Shown here: positions 17,040 to 25,322 of the stretch, one piece after another
How the letters are laid out: each line of letters begins with the position of its first letter
How positions within the stretch are numbered: the first letter of the stretch is position 1
NCBI GenBank assembly: GCA_011375175.1
Contig: DRME01000072.1
Span: 1,782-65,781 of the forward strand
Direction: 5' to 3'
Length of the DNA stretch: 64,000 nucleotides
Source of the DNA: Deltaproteobacteria bacterium
Lineage (GTDB): Bacteria > Desulfobacterota > GWC2-55-46 > DRME01
Program-made: the position numbers and the translations under genes
The notes under the pieces: generated by a model
The model's input: the letters and a program-made list of their open reading frames with translations, nothing else
Databases searched by the model: none
Told to the model about the DNA's origin: nothing

Positions 17040-18299
17040 ATGGTATACGCAAAGCGACGGAGACGGCCCGCGGCGGGCGCCCTAACGGCCCTCGCCGGCG
17101 CCGCCGCCCTGCTCGCCGCCTCGGTCCTCGGGCCGGCCGCGGCGGAGGCGGGCGAGGTGAGTCACAGGGTGACAAAGCAGCTCTGTGCCGAGTGCCACGA
17201 CACGTCACGCGCCCTGGCGGCCAAGCCCTACCAGCACAGGCCCGTCGAGCTCGGCAAGTGCACGGCCTGCCACAACCCCCATGCCTCCAGGCACGCCGGG
17301 CTGCTCAGCGAGGAGGGCGGCAGGCTCTGCTTCAACTGCCACGAGCAGGACGAGGGCTTCAAGGGCGCGGTGCTCCACGCCCCCTACGCCTCGGGCCGCT
17401 GTCTCGAGTGTCACGAGGCCCACGTCTCCGACAACGCCGGACTCCTGAAGGTGGCCGGCGGCAAGGGCTGCTACCTCTGCCACAAGCGCGATGAGATAGT
17501 GGCGGGGGCCAACGTCCACCCGGAGGTGAAAAAGGACCACTGTACGGCGTGCCACAACCCGCACTCTTCCGACAACGTGGGACTTCTCACCGCCGACAGG
17601 AACTCGGTGTGCGCCCGCTGCCACTACAAGGACGGCGCGCCCGTCATCCCATGCCCCTACGAGGTGGCCGGCACCGACTGCCTCGGCTGTCACAGCCCCC
17701 ACTCGTCGGACAGGAGAGCCATCCTCAGGGCCTCGCTCCACGACCCCTTCGAGAAGAAGGACTGCGCCGCCTGCCACAGCGGAGCCGACGGCGGCGAGGT
17801 CAGGCCCGGCATAGCGGTGTGCCTGAAGTGCCACGAAAAGGTCATGGAAGGCTTCAACAAGCTGGCGAGCCACCTCATGCCGGCTCCCGGCGGCGGCAAC
17901 GCCTGCTCCAACTGCCACAACCCCCACGGCTCGGACCGCATGGCGCTGCTCAGGGACAAGGAGTCGCGCATCTGCTATAGATGTCACAGCGACGCCAGGC
18001 AGTTCGTCGCCGACAGCCTCTACGTCCATCCCGACCTCGAAAAGTGCACCGAGTGCCACGCCTCGCACGGCTCCAACGAGCCGTTCCTCATGGCCCGCGG
18101 GGCCGAGACCTGCTCGTCGTCGCGGTGCCACGCCACACAGGGCACTTTCACCCATCCCATAGGAGAGGACGTCATCGATCCCCGCTCGGGAGGCGCCATG
18201 GACTGCAACACCTGCCACAACCCCATGGGCTCGCCGGAGGAGACGATACTGCGCGACGAGAAGGACAGGGGGCTGTGCATACAGTGTCACCAGGTTTAA
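17040..18299 (+). CDS. Multiheme c-type cytochrome (about 15 CxxCH)
   Basis: SD aagagg before ATG 17040; alternative ATGs at 17028 and 16998. Signal peptide ALTALAGAAALLAASVLGPAAAEA. Motifs CAECH CTACH CFNCH CLECH CYLCH CTACH CARCH CLGCH CAACH CLKCH CSNCH CYRCH CTECH CNTCH CIQCH. Confidence 0.8.
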   Translation: MVYAKRRRRPAAGALTALAGAAALLAASVLGPAAAEAGEVSHRVTKQLCAECHDTSRALAAKPYQHRPVELGKCTACHNPHASRHAGLLSEEGGRLCFNCHEQDEGFKGAVLHAPYASGRCLECHEAHVSDNAGLLKVAGGKGCYLCHKRDEIVAGANVHPEVKKDHCTACHNPHSSDNVGLLTADRNSVCARCHYKDGAPVIPCPYEVAGTDCLGCHSPHSSDRRAILRASLHDPFEKKDCAACHSGADGGEVRPGIAVCLKCHEKVMEGFNKLASHLMPAPGGGNACSNCHNPHGSDRMALLRDKESRICYRCHSDARQFVADSLYVHPDLEKCTECHASHGSNEPFLMARGAETCSSSRCHATQGTFTHPIGEDVIDPRSGGAMDCNTCHNPMGSPEETILRDEKDRGLCIQCHQV

Positions 18300-18318
18300 G
18301 AGAGAGGGAGTGAGTTTC

Positions 18319-19305
18319 ATGGCTTCTGGGATTTACAGGTCGGCGCCGGCGGGAGTGAGCGAGCGCGCCCCGGCTGCTTCGGTGCGGGCTGTGCTGGGCC
18401 GGAGCCTCTTCGCCGCGGCCGCCGTTGCGGTCTCCCTTGTTGCGCCGCAGGCCGTATCGTCGCAGGACGAGGGGACCGAGATGCTGGCCGTCATCAGCGG
18501 CAACGAGATGATAGGGCGGCTCAAGAACCCCTCGGCCCTCTTCTTCGACGAGGTGAAAAAGCGCATATACGTCGCCGACACGGGCAACAGGCGTCTCGTC
18601 TCCTTCGACAACGAGTACAAGTACCTGGCCGAGCTCTACCTCGAGGAATTCGACCTCCCTTCCGGCATCGTCAAGGACAGCGCCGGTCTCTTCTACGTGG
18701 TGGACAGCGGCAAGGCCGCCATCCTCAGGATAGACGTGCGCAACAACGTGGTCGAGCCCATCGAACCAAGCGGCGTGCCCGAGGCCGGAGAGCCCTTCAT
18801 CCCCGGCAGGATCGCCATCGACGGCAGCGACACACTCTACGTCGTCGACAAGCTCAACAAGAGGATACTGGCCTTGGACGGCGACGGCGTCTTCGTGGCC
18901 CAGTACACCGTGCCGGGCGACGAGAGGCTCACCGGTTTCGCCGACGTGAGGGTGGCCGAAAACGGCGAGGTCTACGCCATCGACACGCTCAGCGGCACCA
19001 TCTATATATTCGACGGCAGTGGCGAGGTGGTCAAGAGTTTTTCCAGGCGCGGCACGGGACGGGGCATGTTGCGCTTCCCCACGAGCATCGCCGTGGACCG
19101 CAACGGCCATATCTACGTCGCCGACCGCCACGGCGGCATGGTCCTCGTCTACGACCGCAGCGGCATATTCCTGCGCGCCATTTCAAGGCCCGGCTTCCGC
19201 GAGGGCGAGCTCTCCTACCCCTTCTACATCTACCTCGACGGGGAGGGCAGGCTCTATACGATAGACGTAACGAGGATACAGGTCTTCAAGGGCGAGAAGG
19301 GATGA
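18319..19305 (+). CDS. Secreted NHL-repeat six-bladed beta-propeller protein
   Basis: ATG 18319 with SD gggagtga. Signal peptide. Blades: RIYVADTGNRRLVSFD, LFYVVDSGKAAILRID, TLYVVDKLNKRILALD, EVYAIDTLSGTIYIFD, HIYVADRHGGMVLVYD, RLYTIDVTRIQVF. Confidence 0.75.
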   Translation: MASGIYRSAPAGVSERAPAASVRAVLGRSLFAAAAVAVSLVAPQAVSSQDEGTEMLAVISGNEMIGRLKNPSALFFDEVKKRIYVADTGNRRLVSFDNEYKYLAELYLEEFDLPSGIVKDSAGLFYVVDSGKAAILRIDVRNNVVEPIEPSGVPEAGEPFIPGRIAIDGSDTLYVVDKLNKRILALDGDGVFVAQYTVPGDERLTGFADVRVAENGEVYAIDTLSGTIYIFDGSGEVVKSFSRRGTGRGMLRFPTSIAVDRNGHIYVADRHGGMVLVYDRSGIFLRAISRPGFREGELSYPFYIYLDGEGRLYTIDVTRIQVFKGEKG

Positions 19306-19311
19306 CCCCCC

Positions 19312-20124
19312 ATGTCCCGCCCTCTCCTCACAACAGTGGTCCTCGCGGCCGCGCTCCTGCTCGTCGGCTGCGAGCCGCCGGTAAAAAGGGTTGACAACCC
19401 GGCGCTCCTCGAAGAGCATCCAGGCCTGGACACCGTGCCGGTCTACAGGAAGGGCTCCGTATCCTTCAGCACTGCCGAGGCCCTGAGGCTCGCCGAGCAG
19501 GACAGGAAGGCGGCGCTGGAGGAGCGTTTCAGGGGCGAGGAGACCTCGTCGCTGGAGATACCGGACCCCTGGATCCCGCCGGCCTACCGCAGCGCATCCT
19601 CGCTACCCAAGGCCCTGCGGGCCTTCCCCAAGGACAAGTTCGGCTATCCCGACTGGACGGCCTCGGTACAGGAGGGGATCATCATGCCCAGGGCGGGGCT
19701 TCTGAACAAGAAGGTCAAGGGCGAGTACCAGAGGGACTACTGGCAGTGGGCCGTCTCCTCGGACGTGATGCTCAAGCTCAGCGACAGCGGAGAGGTCAAG
19801 AAGGGCAAGGAGATAACCCTCGAGGACGTGGAGCGCGAGATAGAAGACGCGCCCTACGACCTGGACATAGTCTTCGAGATCAACGACCGGCTCATGGCCA
19901 ACGTCCTCTTCCCCCACAAAGTGCACTCCTACTGGCTGGGCTGCAAGGTCTGCCATCCCGGCATATTCGTCGCCAAGAAGGGTGCCAACGTCTTTACCAT
20001 GTACGACGTCTGGGAAGGCAAGTACTGCGGCCGCTGTCACGGCAAGGTGGCCTTTCAGCCCAAGGGGTTCGAGAACTGCCAGCGCTGCCACAAGGTCAAG
20101 AAGAAAACCATGGGCATAAAGTAG
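19312..20124 (+). CDS. Lipoprotein c-type cytochrome (3 CxxCH)
   Basis: MSRPLLTTVVLAAALLLVGC lipobox. The C-terminal domain has CKVCH, CGRCH, CQRCH. The stop is immediately followed by a MITE-like repeat. Confidence 0.7.
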   Translation: MSRPLLTTVVLAAALLLVGCEPPVKRVDNPALLEEHPGLDTVPVYRKGSVSFSTAEALRLAEQDRKAALEERFRGEETSSLEIPDPWIPPAYRSASSLPKALRAFPKDKFGYPDWTASVQEGIIMPRAGLLNKKVKGEYQRDYWQWAVSSDVMLKLSDSGEVKKGKEITLEDVEREIEDAPYDLDIVFEINDRLMANVLFPHKVHSYWLGCKVCHPGIFVAKKGANVFTMYDVWEGKYCGRCHGKVAFQPKGFENCQRCHKVKKKTMGIK

Positions 20125-20130
20125 AGGAAG

Positions 20131-20530
20131 CTCTGATTTATTGCACTGAGGGAACCTTTTTGTAAAAGGGTCACAGACCCACGGTTCCCTCAGACTCCCT
20201 CCAAAAACTTTCAACGCCCTGCGGCTCATCCCGATTTTGCTTGCAAAATCGGGATGAGCCGCAGGGAATTAAAAGTCTTTGAAGGGGGTCTGGGGGAAAC
20301 GTGGGCCTATGGCCCTTCTACAGAAAGTTTCCCCCAGATTGCCCGCGTCGGCTCCTCGGAGGCTGTACCGGGGGGTCGGGCCGCAAAGGCGTAAAAAAAT
20401 CCCGCCTGGCGCGGGCCGCCCCCCCGGTACAGCCGAAGATCCGAATAACATACGATGGGGCAGGGGGAAACGCGGGCCTGTGGCCCTTCTACAGAGAGTT
20501 TCCCCCGGTGCAATGAATCGGAGCTTTCTC
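20131..20530. repeat. MITE-like modular hairpin repeat element, full copy with both terminal inverted repeats
   Basis: Left end gaagctctgatttattgcactgagggaacc. Modules ctccctccaaaaactttcaacg, hairpin ctgcggctcatcccgattttgcttgcaaaatcgggatgagccgcag, aaagtctttgaaggggg, gggggaaacgtgggcctatggcccttctacagaaagtttccccc, ggctgtaccggggggtcgggccgcaaaggcgtaaaaaaatcccgcctggcgcgggccgcccccccggtacagcc. Right end aatcggagctttc. Confidence 0.85.
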
Positions 20531-20591
20531 GGTCGGAGTCCATCTCCGGCCGTTCTTGACGACTGGGACGTCTCGGCTTCAGGATTGTCAT

Positions 20592-20837
20592 GTGAGCGAG
20601 TATATCCTCACCTTCGGCTCCGCCCACAAGGCCCTCAAGGCCGAGAGCGTTCTCAGGGAGGCGGGCGCCGCCTTCCGTCTCATGCCCGGGCCCAGGGGGA
20701 TGGACAGGGCCTGCGACCTCGTCATCGCCGTCGATGGCGAAGGAGCGCTCTCGGCTGCGATGGAAGCCCTGGAGCGGGGCGGCCCTGCCGTCAGGGCCGT
20801 CTACCGCAGAGAGGGGGCCCGTTACGTCGCCGTCTGA
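20592..20837 (+). CDS. DUF3343-like small protein
   Basis: Starting at GTG 20592: VSEYILTFGSAHKALKAESVLREAGAAFRLMPGPRGMDRACDLVIAVDGEG...; size and motif pattern resemble DUF3343 proteins. The start is uncertain (the ORF track begins at 20556). Confidence 0.4.
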   Translation: MSEYILTFGSAHKALKAESVLREAGAAFRLMPGPRGMDRACDLVIAVDGEGALSAAMEALERGGPAVRAVYRREGARYVAV

Positions 20838-20888
20838 CCGGCCGCGCGGCCGGTTCCCCGCGCGAAGGCGTGGCCTCCGCTTTCGGCC

Positions 20889-21770
20889 ATGGAACTCAGA
20901 TACCTCGAGATATTCTGCAAGGTCGTCGAGTGCCGCAGCTTTTCGAAGGCCGCGGCCTCCCTCTGTCTCACCCAGTCCACGGTCAGCATCCACATCAAGG
21001 CCCTGGAAAGAGAGCTCTCCGTAAGACTCCTCGACAGGCTGGGCCGCACCGTCACGCCCACCAGGGCCGGCGCCATCCTCTACCGCTACGCCGGTAAGAT
21101 AGTGCGCCTCAAGCACGAGGCCCGCCAGGCGATAGACCAGTTCACGGGCACCATGAAGGGCGTGCTCGAGGTCGGGGCGAGCACCATACCCGGAGAGTAC
21201 ATCCTGCCTCGCTTGATAGGCGAGTTCAAGCGCGCCCATCCCGATGTGCGGCCCGTGCTGCGGGTGGGAGATACGCGCTCCATCTACGGGGAGGTGCTGG
21301 CGGGCCGCGTGGAAGTCGGCGTGGTCGGCTCGCCCATAAAGGACAGGAACGTGCGGTGCGCCCCCTTCGCAAGCGACGAGATGGTCCTTGTGGCGCCGCC
21401 GGACTTCGACCGCTCCGCGCTCGCCCCCGGAGAGCTGGCCGGCGTGGCGCTGCTCGCCCGCGAGGAGGGTTCGGGCTCGCGCAGCTCCGTCGAGGCCCGT
21501 CTCGCCGAGGCGGGCGTGGACCCGGCCACGCTCGTCTACGCCGCCAGTCTCGGCTCCACCCAGGCGCTGAAAGAGGGGGTGAAGTCCGCTATGGGGCTCG
21601 CCTTCATCTCCAGGATGGCCGTCGCCGAGGAGCTCCGCTCCGGTACGCTCAAGGCCGTGGAGGTGAAGGGCCTGAACCTCGATAGGAGCTTCTACGTCAT
21701 CACCCACCGCCTGAGGTTCCTCTCGCCCATAGCCGTCTCCTTCCTCGATTTCCTCTCGGCGCGTCCGTAG
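20889..21770 (+). CDS. LysR-family transcriptional regulator
   Basis: N-terminal HTH MELRYLEIFCKVVECRSFSKAAASLCLTQSTVSIHIKALERELSVRLLDR, and a LysR substrate-binding domain (293 aa). Confidence 0.85.
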   Translation: MELRYLEIFCKVVECRSFSKAAASLCLTQSTVSIHIKALERELSVRLLDRLGRTVTPTRAGAILYRYAGKIVRLKHEARQAIDQFTGTMKGVLEVGASTIPGEYILPRLIGEFKRAHPDVRPVLRVGDTRSIYGEVLAGRVEVGVVGSPIKDRNVRCAPFASDEMVLVAPPDFDRSALAPGELAGVALLAREEGSGSRSSVEARLAEAGVDPATLVYAASLGSTQALKEGVKSAMGLAFISRMAVAEELRSGTLKAVEVKGLNLDRSFYVITHRLRFLSPIAVSFLDFLSARP

Positions 21771-21855
21771 ATTTCCATAGGCCGCATCAAAGACACCGCC
21801 GCCTTCTATTGATGATTCCAATTTGACTTATTCATGAATTTGAGGTATCTTTTAC

Positions 21856-22200
21856 TACAGGTCAGGTTTGTAAAAGGGTCACAGACCCACGGTTCCCTCA
21901 GACTCCCTCCAAAAACTTTTAACGCCCTGCGGCTCATCCCGATTTTGCTTGCAAAATCGGGATGAGCCGCAGGGAATTAAAGGTCTTTGAAGGGGGTGTC
22001 CTGCCCGCATTGGCTGGCCGGGGTGGCGGTCCTCTGGAGGTTCGGGCCGCAAAGGCGTAAGAAAACCCCGCCTGGCGCGGGCCGAACCTCCAGAGGACCG
22101 CCACAGACATCCGAGTAACATACGGTGGGGGAGGGGGGAAACGTGGGCCTATGGCCCTTCTACAGAAAGTTTCCCCCGGGGCAATTAATCAGAGTATCCC
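21856..22200. repeat. MITE-like modular hairpin repeat element copy
   Basis: ggtttgtaaaagggtcacagacccacggttccctcagactccctccaaaaacttttaacgccctgcggctcatcccgattttgcttgcaaaatcgggatgagccgcagggaattaaaggtctttgaaggggg ... cgggccgcaaaggcgtaagaaaaccccgcctggcgcgggccgaa ... gggggaaacgtgggcctatggcccttctacagaaagtttccccc ... aattaatcagagtatcc. Confidence 0.85.
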
Positions 22201-22278
22201 CGGTATTCACCGGCGCCGGGCGGTAACGGGTGTTGTCGGGTCCTTCCGTCCGGTCTTTCTGAGCAAGGGGAGTTGGTT

Positions 22279-23301
22279 ATGAGCAAGAAGATGCTACTCA
22301 ACGCCGCGGCCTTTGTCGTCGTCTCGTCTCTGCTTTTTGCCGCTTCGGCCGCGCCGGCGCAGCCGGTCAAGACGAGAAAGAGTGAGATAACCTACGCCTT
22401 CGAGGTCACGGGCATCCCGGAAGGGGCCCGCAGCGTGCGCGTCTGGGTCCCCTTTCCCACGGACACGGCCGAGCAGCGCATCTACGACATGAGGGTCAAC
22501 AGCCCCTTTCCCTTCGAGATCAACTATGACAAGGTATGGGGCAACGCCATCATATACTTCAAGGGCGAGCCCCGCGACTTCACCTTCGAGATGAAGTTCA
22601 GGGTCGAACGCCGCGAGGCGAGGTCCGAGGACCTCGGCAAGATACGTAACGCCACGGCGGCCGACCGGAGGCTCTTCGCCAAGTACCTGGCCCCCTCGAG
22701 GCTGGCCGTCCGTGACGAGAGGGTGGAGAGGCTTTCGCGCATGGCCGTCGACGGCCGCAGCGACCCGCTTGAAAAGGCGCGGGCCATATACGATTTCGTG
22801 CTGGAAAAGATGGACTACGACAAGAAAACGCCCGGCTGGGGCCGCGGCGACGTGAAGAGGGTCTGTCTGTCCATCGGCGCCCGCGGCAAGGGCACGGGCA
22901 ACTGCACGGACTTCCACTCTTTCTTCTCCTCGCTCATGCAGGCCCAGGGCATACCCGTAGTCTTCGAGATGGGCTATCCCCTCGCTCCCGGCGGCGAGCA
23001 GCGCGAGCCGAAGGAGGGGGGCTACCACTGCTGGGCAAGGTTCTACATACCCGAGGCGGGCTGGGTGCCGGTCGACATATCGGAGGCCGACAAGGACCCC
23101 TCCCGTCGTGACTACTTCTTCGGCTCCCTCTGCGAGAACAGGATACGCTTCAGCCGGGGGCGCGACATAGTGCTCATGCCGCCCCAGGACGGCGAGCCCC
23201 TCAACTACTTCGGACCCGACCCCTATATCGAGGTCGACGGAAAGCCCTTCAATGGCTTCAAGAGGACCATAGCCTACACCAACGAAAGAGAGCGCCTCTG
23301 A
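22279..23301 (+). CDS. Secreted transglutaminase-like cysteine protease domain protein
   Basis: Signal peptide MSKKMLLNAAAFVVVSSLLFAASAAPA. Transglutaminase core Cys motif GTGNCTDFHSFFSSLMQAQGIPVVFEMGY and His/Asp region GGYHCWARFYIPEAGWVPVDISEAD. Confidence 0.7.
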   Translation: MSKKMLLNAAAFVVVSSLLFAASAAPAQPVKTRKSEITYAFEVTGIPEGARSVRVWVPFPTDTAEQRIYDMRVNSPFPFEINYDKVWGNAIIYFKGEPRDFTFEMKFRVERREARSEDLGKIRNATAADRRLFAKYLAPSRLAVRDERVERLSRMAVDGRSDPLEKARAIYDFVLEKMDYDKKTPGWGRGDVKRVCLSIGARGKGTGNCTDFHSFFSSLMQAQGIPVVFEMGYPLAPGGEQREPKEGGYHCWARFYIPEAGWVPVDISEADKDPSRRDYFFGSLCENRIRFSRGRDIVLMPPQDGEPLNYFGPDPYIEVDGKPFNGFKRTIAYTNERERL

Positions 23302-23394
23302 GCGCACGCCCGCGCCGGAGGGGGACCTCGCCCGCGGGGTCCCCCATCCCCTCCGAATGCCTCGTGGGAGACTCCGACTTACTCCGCCGGGGCA

Positions 23395-23470
23395 GCCTCT
23401 TGTAAAGGGCCGGAGACCTCCGGTCCCCTCGGACTCCCTGAAGAAAGTTTCCCCCATGGCGGCCGACCGG
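23395..23470. repeat. Truncated copy of the repeat family (gagacctccggtcccctcggactccctgaagaaagtttccccc)
   Basis: Shares the gactccct...gaaagtttccccc modules with the full copies. Confidence 0.5.
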
Positions 23471-23607
23471 AGCTTTACCTGACTCCCTGCTCTCCGCCTC
23501 GTCTCGATCGTGCTTGACTGCGCGGCGGGCTGCCTCCGTCAGGGGGGAGCGCCGGAGCCGGGAGGGCGCGGTTGCCATCGGCCCCGGGACGTGGTACGCT
23601 CTCCGTC

Positions 23608-24294
23608 ATGGGAGCGAGAAAGGCCCTTGCCGTCATGTTCAAGGCGCCAGAGGCGGGCCGGGTGAAGACGAGGCTCGTGCCGCCGCTCACGGCGGACGAG
23701 GCGGCCTCGCTCTACCGCTCTTTTCTGGCCGACACCTTCGCGCTCGCCTCGGCCGTCGAGGGAGCCGACCGCTTCGGAGTCTACAGCCCCGACGATGCGC
23801 TTTCGCGGGTCCGGGCGCTCGTGCCCCCAGGCTGGCGCCTCGAGCCCCAGCGGGGCCGGGACCTGGGGGAGCGGCTCTTGCGCCTCTTCGCCGGGCTCTT
23901 CGCCCGCGGATACGCCCGGGCGGCCGTAATCGGCGGCGACAGTCCCGACCTGCCGCCGCGGCTCATCGCCGAGGCCTTCTCGAGGCTCGACGGCGGAGAC
24001 GACGTGGTGCTCGTTCCGGCCGACGACGGCGGCTACTGCCTCATAGCCATGTCCGGGCCTCACGGCGCGCCCTTCCGGGAGGTGCCGTGGAGCAGCGAGA
24101 GGGTGCTGGACGTAACAGTCGCAAGGCTCGAGGAGGCCGGGCTCCGTTTCTCGCTGCTCGAGCCGTGGCGGGACGTGGACCGGCCTGGGGACCTGGCCGC
24201 CCTCATGGAGAGCGCCGCCGCCCCGGCGAGCAGGGCGTGGCTTGAGAAGGCCGGCGTGGCGCTCAGGCTCCGCGCGGCGCGGAAAAGCTGTTGA
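23608..24294 (+). CDS. DUF2064 / TIGR04282-family glycosyltransferase-like protein
   Basis: MGARKALAVMFKAPEAGRVKTRLVPPLTADEAASLYRSFLADT...AAVIGGDSPDLPP...VVLVPADDGGYCLIAM; nucleotidyl/glycosyl-transferase-like fold typical of DUF2064. Confidence 0.6.
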   Translation: MGARKALAVMFKAPEAGRVKTRLVPPLTADEAASLYRSFLADTFALASAVEGADRFGVYSPDDALSRVRALVPPGWRLEPQRGRDLGERLLRLFAGLFARGYARAAVIGGDSPDLPPRLIAEAFSRLDGGDDVVLVPADDGGYCLIAMSGPHGAPFREVPWSSERVLDVTVARLEEAGLRFSLLEPWRDVDRPGDLAALMESAAAPASRAWLEKAGVALRLRAARKSC

Positions 24295-24346
24295 CAAGTT
24301 CCGTGAAAGTCAAGTATATTATTACCCTTTAATGCGGGCTCCCCCA

Positions 24347-24910
24347 ATGAAGCTCAACGTCCGGGATATAGGCGAAGCCGGCCGCACCGTGGAGCTTGCG
24401 GAGTCGGTTGCGGACCTCGACGAGAAGACGCGGGGGCTCGGCTACGTCTTCCTCTCCCCGCTCAGGGCCCGTCTCGAAGTGACGCGCAGCGGCGCGGACG
24501 TCTGTGTCCGGGGGACTATGACCGTCGTCTGCTCGCTTGTCTGCTCGCGCTGCACCGAGACCTTCCCCCATACCGTCGACGCCGGGCTCTCGCGCCACTT
24601 CAAGGTCGCCGTCCCGGCGCCCTCCGGCCGCAAGGGCGCGGGCGGAGGCGGGAGACGCCGCGCCGGGGATGTGGAGCTCGGCCCCCGGGATGTGGAGACG
24701 GCGATCCTCGAGGGCGACGAGCTCGACCTGACCGAGCTCGTCGTGGAGCAACTGGCGCTCGAGCTGCCCATTCAGCCGCTCTGCTCGGAGGAGTGCAAGG
24801 GGCTCTGTCCGGTCTGCGGCGCCGACCGCAACAGGACGGAGTGCGGCTGCGCTGCCGCCGGCAGGGTGGACCCCCGCTTCGCCGTTCTCGAAAGACTCAG
24901 GAAGAAGTGA
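24347..24910 (+). CDS. yceD: YceD/DUF177 (large ribosomal RNA subunit accumulation protein), located upstream of rpmF
   Basis: [38 protein letters not shown]...C-terminal [23 protein letters not shown] zinc-ribbon. The conserved yceD-rpmF-plsX synteny supports the call. Confidence 0.8.
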   Translation: MKLNVRDIGEAGRTVELAESVADLDEKTRGLGYVFLSPLRARLEVTRSGADVCVRGTMTVVCSLVCSRCTETFPHTVDAGLSRHFKVAVPAPSGRKGAGGGGRRRAGDVELGPRDVETAILEGDELDLTELVVEQLALELPIQPLCSEECKGLCPVCGADRNRTECGCAAAGRVDPRFAVLERLRKK

Positions 24911-25116
24911 ATCTCACGGCCGAAGCCGGCGGCCGGGGGGCGACAAGGGGGGCTGCCAGGCGACAAGGGGGCGGCAAGGGAGGCGGACAGGCGGCCAGGG
25001 GGGCTGCCAGGCGGCCAGGGGGCGGCCAAAGCGGCGGACAGGGGGAGCGGACGTCGCCGGGACGCGCGCCCGGGCCGGCGGGAACAAGAAACGGAAAAAA
25101 GAGAGGTGACAGACCC

Positions 25117-25302
25117 ATGCCCACTCCGAGAAAGAAGAAGTCCAGGTCCAAGCGCAACATGAGGCGAAGCCACGACGCCCTGGCGGCTCCGGCCGCGTCG
25201 ACCTGTCCCAGGTGCGGCGAACCCAAGCGTCCCCACCACGCATGTCCGGCCTGCGGCACGTACAGGGGAAGGGAAGTCTTGAGGACCGGGGAGACGGTCT
25301 GA
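25117..25302 (+). CDS. rpmF: 50S ribosomal protein L32
   Basis: [55 protein letters not shown] (bL32 signature with CxxC...CxxC); SD gagagg upstream. Confidence 0.9.
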   Translation: MPTPRKKKSRSKRNMRRSHDALAAPAASTCPRCGEPKRPHHACPACGTYRGREVLRTGETV

Positions 25303-25322
25303 AGGTCCGGTCCTTTTGACGC

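Noticed and set aside
24600-24700. Internal short duplication in yceD (GGGATGTGGAGCTCGGCCCCCGGGATGTGGAGACGGCG)
   Set aside because: A 12-bp in-frame duplication inside a low-complexity linker of DUF177. Likely a neutral slippage product and not reported as a finding.
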